DNA of 64,000 nt, from NCBI GenBank assembly GCA_963674965.2, contig CAXXFL010000003.1, forward strand, positions 160,001 to 224,000. The letters run 5' to 3'. This document shows positions 48,165 to 56,760 of this stretch, piece by piece. The position numbers and the translations under genes are program-made. Position 1 is the stretch's first letter. Every line of letters begins with the position of its first letter. The notes under the pieces are model-generated. The model did not search any database, was not told the DNA's origin, and worked only from the letters and a program-made list of their open reading frames with translations. Origin of the DNA: a bacterium. Lineage in GTDB: Bacteria > RBG-13-61-14 > DATKZS01.

Positions 48165-50501
48165 ATGAAGGATATGCCTGAAAAATCGACGATCGCGGCG
48201 CCGGGGAAATGGGGATTGGCCGCGCTGATTTCGGTCCTCGCCGCGGGGATCGTGCTCGGCTACCTCATGGGCAAAGGCTCGGGAAAATCGAAGGCGTTGG
48301 CCAACTTGACGGGCCTTAAGGTCATACTCGTCGGCGTGGACGGGGCCGAGTGGAACATCCTGACCCCGATGATGGAAGCCGGACGCCTGCCCACCTTTTC
48401 GCGCCTGGCCAGGGAGGGCTCGAGCGGCAAGCTTCGCAGCTTAAAGCCCATCCTCAGTCCCATCATCTGGACCAGCATCGCCACGGGCAAGACCCCCGAG
48501 AAGCACGGCATTACCTGGTTCATGGTCAAGGACCCGGAGCATAGCCGGCGCATGCCCGTCCAGTCGACCATGCGAAGGTCCAAGGCCGTCTGGAACGTCC
48601 TTTCCGACAACGGGCTCACGGTGGGCGCCATCGGCTGGTGGGCCAGCTTTCCCGCCGAGAGGGTCAACGGCTTCGTTATCAGCGACTACGTGGCCTATCA
48701 CGCCTTCGGGCTCTCGGGCCAGGACGTTAAAACCAGCCTGGGCAAGACCCATCCCGCGGCGCTCTTCGACCTGGTTTCCTCGCGGCTCATCGATCCCCTG
48801 TCCATAAAGAGGGAAGAAGTCGAGCGCTTCATGCCCCTTACCGACCAGGAATGGGAGTTCAGCGTCAGCCAGCCCTTCGATTTCGGCAACCCCCTGCATC
48901 ACTTCATGTACGCCCTGGCCACGGCCAAGGCCTACCGGTCGGTGAGCCTCGAGCTTTACGGCGACTACGACCCGGCCTGGATGGGCGTGTACTTCGAGCA
49001 GGTGGACAGCCTCAGCCACCTGTTCATGAAATACACCGAGCCCAAAATGGACGGCATGAGCGACGAGTTCTTCGAAAAGTACAAGGACGTGATCGAGAAC
49101 TATTACGTCTACCAGGACGAGATACTGGCCGACTTCGTCAAGGCGGCCGACGAGAACACCATCATCATCGTCTGCAGCGACCACGGCTTCAAGACCGGCG
49201 ACCTCAGGCTGGCCGAGAACGAGGCCACCTCCGTGGCCAAGGCCCACTTGTGGCACGAGATGGACGGCGTGGTCTTCCTGTGGGGAAAGCCCTTCAAGGC
49301 CGGATACGAAATCGAGGGCGCCTCGGTGCTGGACATAACCCCCACCACCCTTTACGCCATGGGCATGCCCGTGGCCCGGGACATGGACGGAAAGCCCCTC
49401 CTCTCAGCGGTAAAGGCGGAGTTCCGCTCGGCCCATCCCGTCGCGTGGATCGAGACCTACGAGTCGGAAACCGAACCGGACGCGGACTACTCGGCGCCCC
49501 AGGACCCGGGCGTTGACGAGGAAGTGGCGGCCAAGCTCGAGGCCCTGGGCTATATCGGGTCCAACGTCAAGGACGACGAGATCAAGGCCAACCTGGTAAA
49601 GCAACTCCTGGATAAAGGAAACTACGCCAAGGCGGGGGAAGAGGTCGAGGCGGTCCTTGCCCGCGACCCGAAAACGCCCTGGGCCAGGGTCCTCAAGGCA
49701 AGGCTTCTCGAGCGCGAAAATAAAAGCCGGGAGGCCGAGGCCATTTTCAGGGAGATGGCCCGCGAGACCGAGGGCCAAATCGAGCCGGCCGACCGCGTCC
49801 ATTACGCGGAGTCCCTCCAGGCCCTGGCCGTTTACAACCATACCCGCGGCGACGCCGAGGAAGCGGCGAAAAACCTTGAAAAGTCGATCGAGCTGTTCCC
49901 TCAGGACCCGGACACGGCCTACAACCTGGGCGTGGTGAGGGAGGGCCAGGAAAATTACGCGGCCGCCATCGAGGCCTACCAGAAGGCGGTGGATTTATCG
50001 CCCTCTCATTTTCTGGCGCTTAACAACCTGGGCAACTGCTACCGCAACGTGGGAGAAATCCAGAAGAGTCTGGCCGTTTACAAGAAATGCATCGAGGCTA
50101 ACCCCAAACATCTCGAGTGCCATTTCAACCTCGGCGTCTATTATATCAATCTCGGCTCGCCCTCGGAGGCGGTGAAGGAGTTGGAGGAGGCCAAAAAGAT
50201 AGACGCGGACCACCTTCAAACCGCCATCGCGCTGACCGAGGCCTACATGCTAAATGGCGAAACGGAAAAGGCCCTGGCCTCGGCCGCCGATCTGTCAGGC
50301 GGCGACCCGGGCAACGTGGGCTACCTTCTCTTGAAAGCCAAGGCCCTCTCGCTGGCGGGGAAAAAAGATGAAGCCGCCGAGGCGATCTCCGAGGCCGGGC
50401 GGCTGGACCCGGAGGGAGTAAAACAAGCCGTGGAAAAGGACCCCGCCCTCTCGAGCCCGGCGACCGCCGGCGGGACTCGCCCGTCCGGCCCCAATAAATA
50501 G
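48165..50501 (+). CDS. Alkaline-phosphatase/nucleotide-pyrophosphatase family domain + TPR repeats
   Basis: GVDGA, SPIIWTSIATG, D..SH, SDHGF, LEALGYI; TPRs AYNLG, NNLGN, HFNLG. Confidence 0.85.
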   Translation: MKDMPEKSTIAAPGKWGLAALISVLAAGIVLGYLMGKGSGKSKALANLTGLKVILVGVDGAEWNILTPMMEAGRLPTFSRLAREGSSGKLRSLKPILSPIIWTSIATGKTPEKHGITWFMVKDPEHSRRMPVQSTMRRSKAVWNVLSDNGLTVGAIGWWASFPAERVNGFVISDYVAYHAFGLSGQDVKTSLGKTHPAALFDLVSSRLIDPLSIKREEVERFMPLTDQEWEFSVSQPFDFGNPLHHFMYALATAKAYRSVSLELYGDYDPAWMGVYFEQVDSLSHLFMKYTEPKMDGMSDEFFEKYKDVIENYYVYQDEILADFVKAADENTIIIVCSDHGFKTGDLRLAENEATSVAKAHLWHEMDGVVFLWGKPFKAGYEIEGASVLDITPTTLYAMGMPVARDMDGKPLLSAVKAEFRSAHPVAWIETYESETEPDADYSAPQDPGVDEEVAAKLEALGYIGSNVKDDEIKANLVKQLLDKGNYAKAGEEVEAVLARDPKTPWARVLKARLLERENKSREAEAIFREMARETEGQIEPADRVHYAESLQALAVYNHTRGDAEEAAKNLEKSIELFPQDPDTAYNLGVVREGQENYAAAIEAYQKAVDLSPSHFLALNNLGNCYRNVGEIQKSLAVYKKCIEANPKHLECHFNLGVYYINLGSPSEAVKELEEAKKIDADHLQTAIALTEAYMLNGETEKALASAADLSGGDPGNVGYLLLKAKALSLAGKKDEAAEAISEAGRLDPEGVKQAVEKDPALSSPATAGGTRPSGPNK

Positions 50502-50508
50502 CCGGTCT

Positions 50509-51375
50509 TTATAAAGAGGCGCCGTCGGGCACGATGGAAAAGGGCACGCCCGACTCTCTTACGGCCGCGATGAATTCCTCCGCCCATTTGAACCAGGTCG
50601 TTCCCGGATACTCCTTGAGCAAACGTCGGGCGATGACCACGGCCTTTCCCCTGCACAGCTCGGCCCGGGCCTCCGAGCGCCACGGCTCGGGCCGCTCGAA
50701 ATCGTCCGCCAGCTCGAGGTATCTCTCGGCCATCCTCTTCATTACCTCGGGAGCGTTCGCGGATTCGGGATACCTCTCGAGCCAGGACTCGTATCCCTCG
50801 ATCTCCAGCGCCTTGCACTCGGGATACCCGGCGCCGTCAAGGCAAAAGCCGTCCTCCACGAGCATGAGCGCCCCAAGGTCCGCCGGAGAGCCGCCCTTGC
50901 CCTCGGAAACCAGACGCTCCAAAAAATAGTGGCCCTCCTTGCGAAGACGGGCCTCGCCGACTCCTTCTTTGCGGGCCCGGCTTCGGCGGAGAAGGGCAAG
51001 GCGGTAAAGCGTCTCGCTCGCCGCGTCCTCCACGTCCCCGACCGGCCGAAGGGCCGGGTTTTGCCCGCAAGGCTTGACCGGAAGCCACTTGGTGTACCTC
51101 ATGTCGCGAAGAACGGAAAGGCATTGCCAATCCAGCCTCGAGGCCTCGATCAGATAATCGGCGGCCTCTTTATCCCTTCCCTGGTTGAAGGCCGACCGGC
51201 CGGCCAGGAAGAGATTCTCCGCCTCGGTATAAGTCTCTCCTTTTCCCGGGGCGGAATCTCCCGGAGAGTGGAAAGGCTTCCTGACCGGGCCGGCCTCGCT
51301 TACTCCTAAAAGAAGGAAACAGAAAATGAGCGAGACGACGATCGCGATAAAGGCCGCGTGGACTTTATCCTCCAT
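50509..51375 (-). CDS. Exported helical (TPR/BamD-like) hypothetical protein
   Basis: N-terminal TM/signal; LERYPES, LKEYPGT. Confidence 0.5.
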   Translation of the reverse strand: MEDKVHAAFIAIVVSLIFCFLLLGVSEAGPVRKPFHSPGDSAPGKGETYTEAENLFLAGRSAFNQGRDKEAADYLIEASRLDWQCLSVLRDMRYTKWLPVKPCGQNPALRPVGDVEDAASETLYRLALLRRSRARKEGVGEARLRKEGHYFLERLVSEGKGGSPADLGALMLVEDGFCLDGAGYPECKALEIEGYESWLERYPESANAPEVMKRMAERYLELADDFERPEPWRSEARAELCRGKAVVIARRLLKEYPGTTWFKWAEEFIAAVRESGVPFSIVPDGASL

Positions 51376-51583
51376 GATAATAGGAAGCCGCGTTTTACGA
51401 AACCAGTTCGATTTTTCCACCATCAAAGATAAATAGCACGGATAAAGGCTTAATTGAAACGGTTAGGATATTCTAGTAACATCCTTTCCAGGTTCATTGG
51501 CGCGCGGGCTCGACGGCCTTACGACCGGGCCCCTCGGACGGCTTGGGCGCGGCGCGTATATAACCGGGCCAAGAGGTTTTTTT

Positions 51584-53149
51584 ATGGCGAAAAGCGAAGG
51601 CAAATCCAGGACGTTAACTTTTTTGATCATCATCATTCTTTGCGTCTGGGCGGCGGTGGTGGGCGGCTACCTGGCCAATCAGAGGCGGGAAACCTCCGCT
51701 TCCCCCGCGGTCAAGCCCAAGTCCCCCCAAAAGCCGGGCATCGGCCAACGGGACGTCAAGTGGGACAAGGAGAGGTGGACGGGCATATATCAGGGCAACC
51801 AGAAGATAGGCTACGCCGTCTCGAGGGTCGCGGCCTTCGGTACCGGCTACAGGCTTTGGAACGTAAGCAGGATAAGGCTCGAGCTCCTTAACCAGACGCA
51901 GGATATCTCTTTGGACGTCCAGGCCAAGGTGGACGATCGATACTCGATCGACGAGGTAGAGTTCGAGGCCAAGTCCGGCTACATGGAGTTTCGCGCCCGC
52001 GGCGTAAGAGTCGGCAAGGACCTGGACCTGACCATTAACACGGGGGGAAAAGAGATCAACCATCGTCTCCACTTCGACGAGCCGCCCAAAATGGGTGAGG
52101 ACTGGATCATGCGCGAGAGCCTGGCGGACGCCGCGCCGGGGGACTCGATCCAGTTCAGCTTCTTCGAGCCCATGAGCCAGAAGAGCCTTCCCATGCGGGT
52201 GAAGGCGGTCGCGGAGGAGGAAGTCGAGATCGAGTCGAAAAAATACGACTGCCTCAAGCTGGAGATCACCATGGCGGGCCAGTCGCAGTGGGCCTGGATT
52301 TCCCGGGACGGCGAACTGGTTAAGGAATACCATCCCGGCACGGGCTTCACCACCTTGATGGAGGACAGGGACAAGGCGCTCGACGTGGACTGGGAGGCGG
52401 CCGGGCACGTGGACATTATCAGCCGGCTCATGGTCCCCTCCAGCTCGGTGATAAACAAGCCCCGCTCGGTCGGCCTGTTAAAGGTCGAGCTCCAGGAGGC
52501 CCCCCTCGAGGGACTCGAGCTATCGTTCCCGCCGAGACAGACCGTCGCGGGAAGAAAAGTCACCGTGACCATGGAGAGGGCCATACCCGCCATTGGATAC
52601 GCCCTGCCCATTGCCGAGTCCCTGCCCGACAAGGCGGAAAAGATGAAGAAGTGGCTCGAGCCCACGCCCTTTATTCAAAGCGGCGACGAGAAAATCATCG
52701 AGGCCGCCAGGGCCGCCGCGGGCCAAAGCCAGGACGCGGTGACGGCCGTGGACCAGATCATCCTCTGGATGGACCGGGAGATAGAGCCTTCCCTGGTGAC
52801 CAGCATCCCCTCGGCCCTCGAGGTCCTGGAACGGAAAAAGGGCGCCTGTAAGGAGCACTCAATATTATTCGTGGCCATGGCCCGCTCCCTCGGGATTCCC
52901 GCCAGGATGGCCGCCGGGATCGTTTACTCGGACGAGCAGATAATCGACGGGTTCTACTATCACGCCTGGGCCGAGGTATACCTGGCCGACGCCGACGGGC
53001 ACGGACAATGGGTGGCGGTGGACCCGACCTTCCACCAGAACCCGGCCGACGCCACGCACCTTCGGCTCATACTGGGGGACATGGAGGACATGATTTCCCT
53101 TATGAACGTGGTGGGCGTGCTCAAGGTGAAAGTGGAGGACTACAAATGA
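51584..53149 (+). CDS. Membrane-anchored transglutaminase-like protein
   Basis: GACKEHS (Cys), YHAWAEV (His), VDPT (Asp); N-terminal TM. Confidence 0.88.
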   Translation: MAKSEGKSRTLTFLIIIILCVWAAVVGGYLANQRRETSASPAVKPKSPQKPGIGQRDVKWDKERWTGIYQGNQKIGYAVSRVAAFGTGYRLWNVSRIRLELLNQTQDISLDVQAKVDDRYSIDEVEFEAKSGYMEFRARGVRVGKDLDLTINTGGKEINHRLHFDEPPKMGEDWIMRESLADAAPGDSIQFSFFEPMSQKSLPMRVKAVAEEEVEIESKKYDCLKLEITMAGQSQWAWISRDGELVKEYHPGTGFTTLMEDRDKALDVDWEAAGHVDIISRLMVPSSSVINKPRSVGLLKVELQEAPLEGLELSFPPRQTVAGRKVTVTMERAIPAIGYALPIAESLPDKAEKMKKWLEPTPFIQSGDEKIIEAARAAAGQSQDAVTAVDQIILWMDREIEPSLVTSIPSALEVLERKKGACKEHSILFVAMARSLGIPARMAAGIVYSDEQIIDGFYYHAWAEVYLADADGHGQWVAVDPTFHQNPADATHLRLILGDMEDMISLMNVVGVLKVKVEDYK

Positions 53150-53907
53150 TCCGGGCCGAGCGTCTTACCAAGGAATACTCCGGGTTCCGGGCCGTTGACC
53201 AGGTGAACCTTCACGTGGCCGGCGGCGAGATATTCGGTTTCCTCGGACCCAACGGAGCGGGAAAAACCACCACCATCAAGATGCTCATCGGCCTTCTGAA
53301 ACCCACGGAGGGCAAGGTCTTCATTGGCGGCCACGACCTCGAGACCGACCCGGTGGCCGCCAAGGGCATGGTCGGGTTCATTCCCGACCGTCCTTACCTG
53401 TACGAGAAGCTCACGGGCGAGGAGTTCCTCCGCTTTATGGCCGGGCTCTACGGCGTCGAGGGCGCCGAGGTGGGAAAAAGGATCGACGAGCTTCTGAGGT
53501 TTTTCGACCTCTCCGACTGGAAGAACGAGCTTATCGAGAGTTATTCCCACGGCATGAAGCAAAGGATCGTCATGGCCGGCGCCCTCATCCACAAGCCCAG
53601 GGTGATAATCGTGGACGAGCCCATGGTGGGGCTCGATCCCAAGGGGGCCCGGCTCCTTAAAGAGGCCTTCCGCCTCCTGGCCGACGAGGGGTGCGCCATC
53701 TTCATGAGCACCCATACCCTCGAGATAGCCGAGCAGATGTGCGACCGGCTGGCCATCATCAACGAGGGCAAGATCATCGCCGAGGGGACCATGGAGGAAC
53801 TCAGGAAAGCGGCCTCACGCTCGGAAGTGGACCACCTCGAGGACGTCTTCCTCTCCCTGGTGGGAAGCGAGGACATGAAGGACCTCATCGAAAGCCTTAA
53901 GCTTTAA
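53146..53907 (+). CDS. ABC-2-type ATPase
   Basis: GPNGAGKT, YSHGMKQR, VDEP, STH; overlaps the upstream stop. Confidence 0.92.
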   Translation: MIRAERLTKEYSGFRAVDQVNLHVAGGEIFGFLGPNGAGKTTTIKMLIGLLKPTEGKVFIGGHDLETDPVAAKGMVGFIPDRPYLYEKLTGEEFLRFMAGLYGVEGAEVGKRIDELLRFFDLSDWKNELIESYSHGMKQRIVMAGALIHKPRVIIVDEPMVGLDPKGARLLKEAFRLLADEGCAIFMSTHTLEIAEQMCDRLAIINEGKIIAEGTMEELRKAASRSEVDHLEDVFLSLVGSEDMKDLIESLKL

Positions 53908-53926
53908 ACCCGCCGAAAAAATTGAC

Positions 53927-54358
53927 ATGAAAAACGACCCCCGCCAGGAAGAGCCTCGCGAAAAAGAAACGGATATCTTAATGCCCAACGAGGACGGCTG
54001 CCTCATGTGCGGCTCCTGTTGCGGCCCGTATTTCTCGCTCTACGTGGGGGAAACCGACGAGGAGGCCTGGGCCGCGAGCGGCAGGCAAGACCTCCTCGAT
54101 ATCCTGGAGTGGGAAAGGGACCGCGTCGCCTGGGACGAGCGCGGTCCTTATGACTCGGAAACGGGTGAGCGTCTCGAGAAGTGTCGCTTCCTCGAGAAGC
54201 TTCCCGACGGACGGGCCCTTTGCGGCATCCATGAGGCCAAGCCCAAAATATGCCGCGATTATCCGCCCGGCTCCTCCGAGTTGTGCGCGTTGTTCGGGAA
54301 GCCGCCTCGCGGAGGAGGAGACTCGAGCGGCTCGGGAGGGGCCTCCGGCGGGGGCTGA
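53927..54358 (+). CDS. YkgJ-family cysteine-cluster protein
   Basis: CLMCGSCC..CRFL..CGIHEAKPKICRDYP. Confidence 0.8.
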   Translation: MKNDPRQEEPREKETDILMPNEDGCLMCGSCCGPYFSLYVGETDEEAWAASGRQDLLDILEWERDRVAWDERGPYDSETGERLEKCRFLEKLPDGRALCGIHEAKPKICRDYPPGSSELCALFGKPPRGGGDSSGSGGASGGG

Positions 54359-54882
54359 CCCGGACCGGGAAGGCCGCCGCCTCGCCAATCGCCGCCCGGA
54401 CCGTCCGGCCCATGGCCGCCGGGAAAGCCGCGGGGAGGGCCCATCGGACCCAGGACGTTCCTGAACTTGCGCAGGCGCTCGCAGCGCTCTCTCCAAAGTA
54501 TTTGTTGCTCCTCGCCGAGGATGGAGGCGACCTCATCCTCGAGCCCCTTAAGCTCCCCGTCCATCTCCTTTCGCTTCTCTTCCCTGATTTCGTTTATCTT
54601 GTCGAACTTGGCCTCGAGGATTTCCTCCACCTTCTCCGTCTGGTCCTTGGAAAGATCGAGGTCATCCGCGATGTGGCGGGCAAGGTCCCTCGGGTCCTTG
54701 AACGGTTTGTGCATGGCGTCGTGTATCATCTTTTGCCCCACGAATAAGGTTATGCCGGCCCCTATGGCGATCCCGCAGATAAGGATCGCGAGACCCATGA
54801 AGGCGGACCGCCACTTCCGGGCCAGGGCGCGGTAGTCGGCGTCGCCGGTTTTTTTGTCGCTTATGTTTTTTTCCGAGCTCAT
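54259..54882 (-). CDS. Periplasmic helical protein of an ECF/anti-sigma operon (Spy/heavy-metal-sensor-like)
   Basis: TM helix; LDLSKDQ; ILGEEQ. Confidence 0.6.
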   Translation of the reverse strand: MSSEKNISDKKTGDADYRALARKWRSAFMGLAILICGIAIGAGITLFVGQKMIHDAMHKPFKDPRDLARHIADDLDLSKDQTEKVEEILEAKFDKINEIREEKRKEMDGELKGLEDEVASILGEEQQILWRERCERLRKFRNVLGPMGPPRGFPGGHGPDGPGGDWRGGGLPGPGQPPPEAPPEPLESPPPRGGFPNNAHNSEEPGG

Positions 54883-55145
54883 AACGATCCCCAAAACGAG
54901 AAGTCCACGAAGGCGGTTAAAAGAGGGTCGGAAAAAGCCCGGAAAACCGACGCTATAACGTAAAGCGCCGGCGCCGAGGCCGCCGCCCCCATGGCCGCGA
55001 CCCAGGCGAGCTGAACGTCGGCCCGGATAGGTCCCCGCTCGATTTTCCCGATCCTTCTCATCACCCCGTCGGCCACGTCCACCCGGGGTGGCGGGAGGCC
55101 GTCGGCCCGGCGGGAAAGCTTCTCGATGTATTTTATCTCTTTCAT
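54879..55145 (-). CDS. Small membrane protein, probable anti-sigma factor
   Basis: PRVDVADGVMRRI + TM; directly after the ECF sigma gene. Confidence 0.6.
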   Translation of the reverse strand: MKEIKYIEKLSRRADGLPPPRVDVADGVMRRIGKIERGPIRADVQLAWVAAMGAAASAPALYVIASVFRAFSDPLLTAFVDFSFWGSL

Positions 55146-55150
55146 GGCCG

Positions 55151-55744
55151 CTATTCTCCCAGCCTCTCGTTTAAAAGTTTTCTGAGTTTGTTCTTGGCCC
55201 TCCAGCACTGGACCTTGACCATGGCGGGGGACCAGCCCGACATGTCGGCCGCCTCCTCGACGCTCAGCCCCTCCACGTAACGAAGGGTCACGATTAAGCG
55301 GTCGCGAGGGGGAAGCTGATCCAGCACGGCCTCGAGTATCTCGAGGGCCTCGTCGGGACTCATCTCCTCGACCGGGGCCGACAGGCGGTCGTGCATGTCC
55401 TCGATGGACACCGAGCGCCTCGAGCGCTCCCTTGCCAGCCGCTTCCAGTAGGCGTAGCCCACCCTGGTGGCGATACGGGAAAGCCAGTGCTCGAGAGGGG
55501 CCTTGCCCTTGTAAGTGGAAAGGCTGGTATAAGCCTCGACAAAGGCGTCCTGCACCAGTTCCTCGCGCGCGCCGGCGTCGGACGTGAACCGTCTCATGAT
55601 GGCGGCAATCCTGGACTGGTACCTCTCCACGACGATCCGGTAAGACTCGCCGTCTCCATCCAGGCACCGGCGAGCCAGGTCCAGGTCGGCCTCCAGGGCC
55701 GCGGAATCCAGCGCGGAATCCTCGACCGCCAACTCGTAGGCCAT
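55151..55744 (-). CDS. ECF RNA polymerase sigma factor
   Basis: EELVQDAF, WLSRIA, LRYVEGLSVEEAA, VK..RAK. Confidence 0.9.
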   Translation of the reverse strand: MAYELAVEDSALDSAALEADLDLARRCLDGDGESYRIVVERYQSRIAAIMRRFTSDAGAREELVQDAFVEAYTSLSTYKGKAPLEHWLSRIATRVGYAYWKRLARERSRRSVSIEDMHDRLSAPVEEMSPDEALEILEAVLDQLPPRDRLIVTLRYVEGLSVEEAADMSGWSPAMVKVQCWRAKNKLRKLLNERLGE

Positions 55745-55840
55745 GGGAACGGCCGGGGACCCGGCGAGAAATCCCGCCGGGCCCAAGGCCTGGAAGAAAG
55801 GGTGAAGGGTGGGTAAGCTCAACTTAAAACCTCTCCGTTT

Positions 55841-56590
55841 TTATTTGTCCGACCAGGGCCTCTTATGCTCGGGCCGAGACTTGTCCATGGCCTTTAAGGA
55901 CTCGATCTGTTCGTCCGTCAGGTTCAGATCGTGGACCAGGTCGCGCAGTTCCATCATTTTGTCCGGTCCGCCGCCCATTTCAGGACCGGGACCCCCGCGG
56001 CGATGGCCCTCATGGTTTTCCTTGAACCGCTTCATGATCTCGCTTTGCTCCGGGGTGAGGACCTTGCGGCACTCGGCTTGAATTTGCGTCTTAATCACCG
56101 CCGCCTCGCCGATGGACGCGCCCAAACCGGCGGCCGCCTCCCGGATGGAGGCCTCGTCCGGGACCTCGGCCTCGCTCTCCTCTCTAATGATATCATGCCA
56201 GGACTTCATTTCATCCATTACCGGCTCGAGCCTGGCCCTGGCGTTTTCTTGAATGGCGTCCAGTTGAGCCACCTGTTCGTCCGTGAGGTTAAGGTCCCGC
56301 TCGAGTTCGGCCAGTTCGGCGAGCATACCGATCATGCCCTTGTCGCCATGGCGGGGGTGCGGCCCTTCGCCGTCTGGACCCTCGCGGCGTTCATCCCTGA
56401 AGGCGCGAAGGGTCGCCATCTGCTCGTCCGTAAGTATCTTCTCCAATTCCGCGTGTTTAGCCTTCATATGACCCATCATGGGAAAGGCGCCGTCCTGGCC
56501 GTCTTCGCCCTGGCCCATGGCCGCGTATCCAAAGCCCATGAAAGCCAAGGTGATAAATATTACCATTCCAATTATCACTCTTTTATTCAT
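55841..56590 (-). CDS. Spy/CpxP-family periplasmic chaperone
   Basis: Signal peptide; repeated LTxEQ motifs. Confidence 0.8.
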   Translation of the reverse strand: MNKRVIIGMVIFITLAFMGFGYAAMGQGEDGQDGAFPMMGHMKAKHAELEKILTDEQMATLRAFRDERREGPDGEGPHPRHGDKGMIGMLAELAELERDLNLTDEQVAQLDAIQENARARLEPVMDEMKSWHDIIREESEAEVPDEASIREAAAGLGASIGEAAVIKTQIQAECRKVLTPEQSEIMKRFKENHEGHRRGGPGPEMGGGPDKMMELRDLVHDLNLTDEQIESLKAMDKSRPEHKRPWSDK

Positions 56591-56641
56591 ACGAATTACC
56601 TCCTGGTTTATTGTTCGGGTGAATCATTCTCCCTATGCCCC

Positions 56642-56671
56642 ATTAGTAAGGATCGGAACATGAAAGTTACA
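56642..56671 (-). promoter_or_regulatory. Possible ECF-type autoregulatory promoter
   Basis: Minus strand TGTAAC-N16-TTACT upstream of the spy-like gene. Confidence 0.35.
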
Positions 56672-56760
56672 CCAAAGGGCCGGATTTTTTTTAAAAGTAT
56701 CGCCCGGACGGGTAAAATTGAAATATCTATTTAATATCAGGTCTTTAGGCAAATATAAAA

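Noticed and set aside
51584-53149. Transglutaminase-like gene as the missing lasso B2 leader peptidase
   Set aside because: It is large, membrane-anchored/exported, 16 kb away and in another operon; B2 peptidases are small cytoplasmic proteins.
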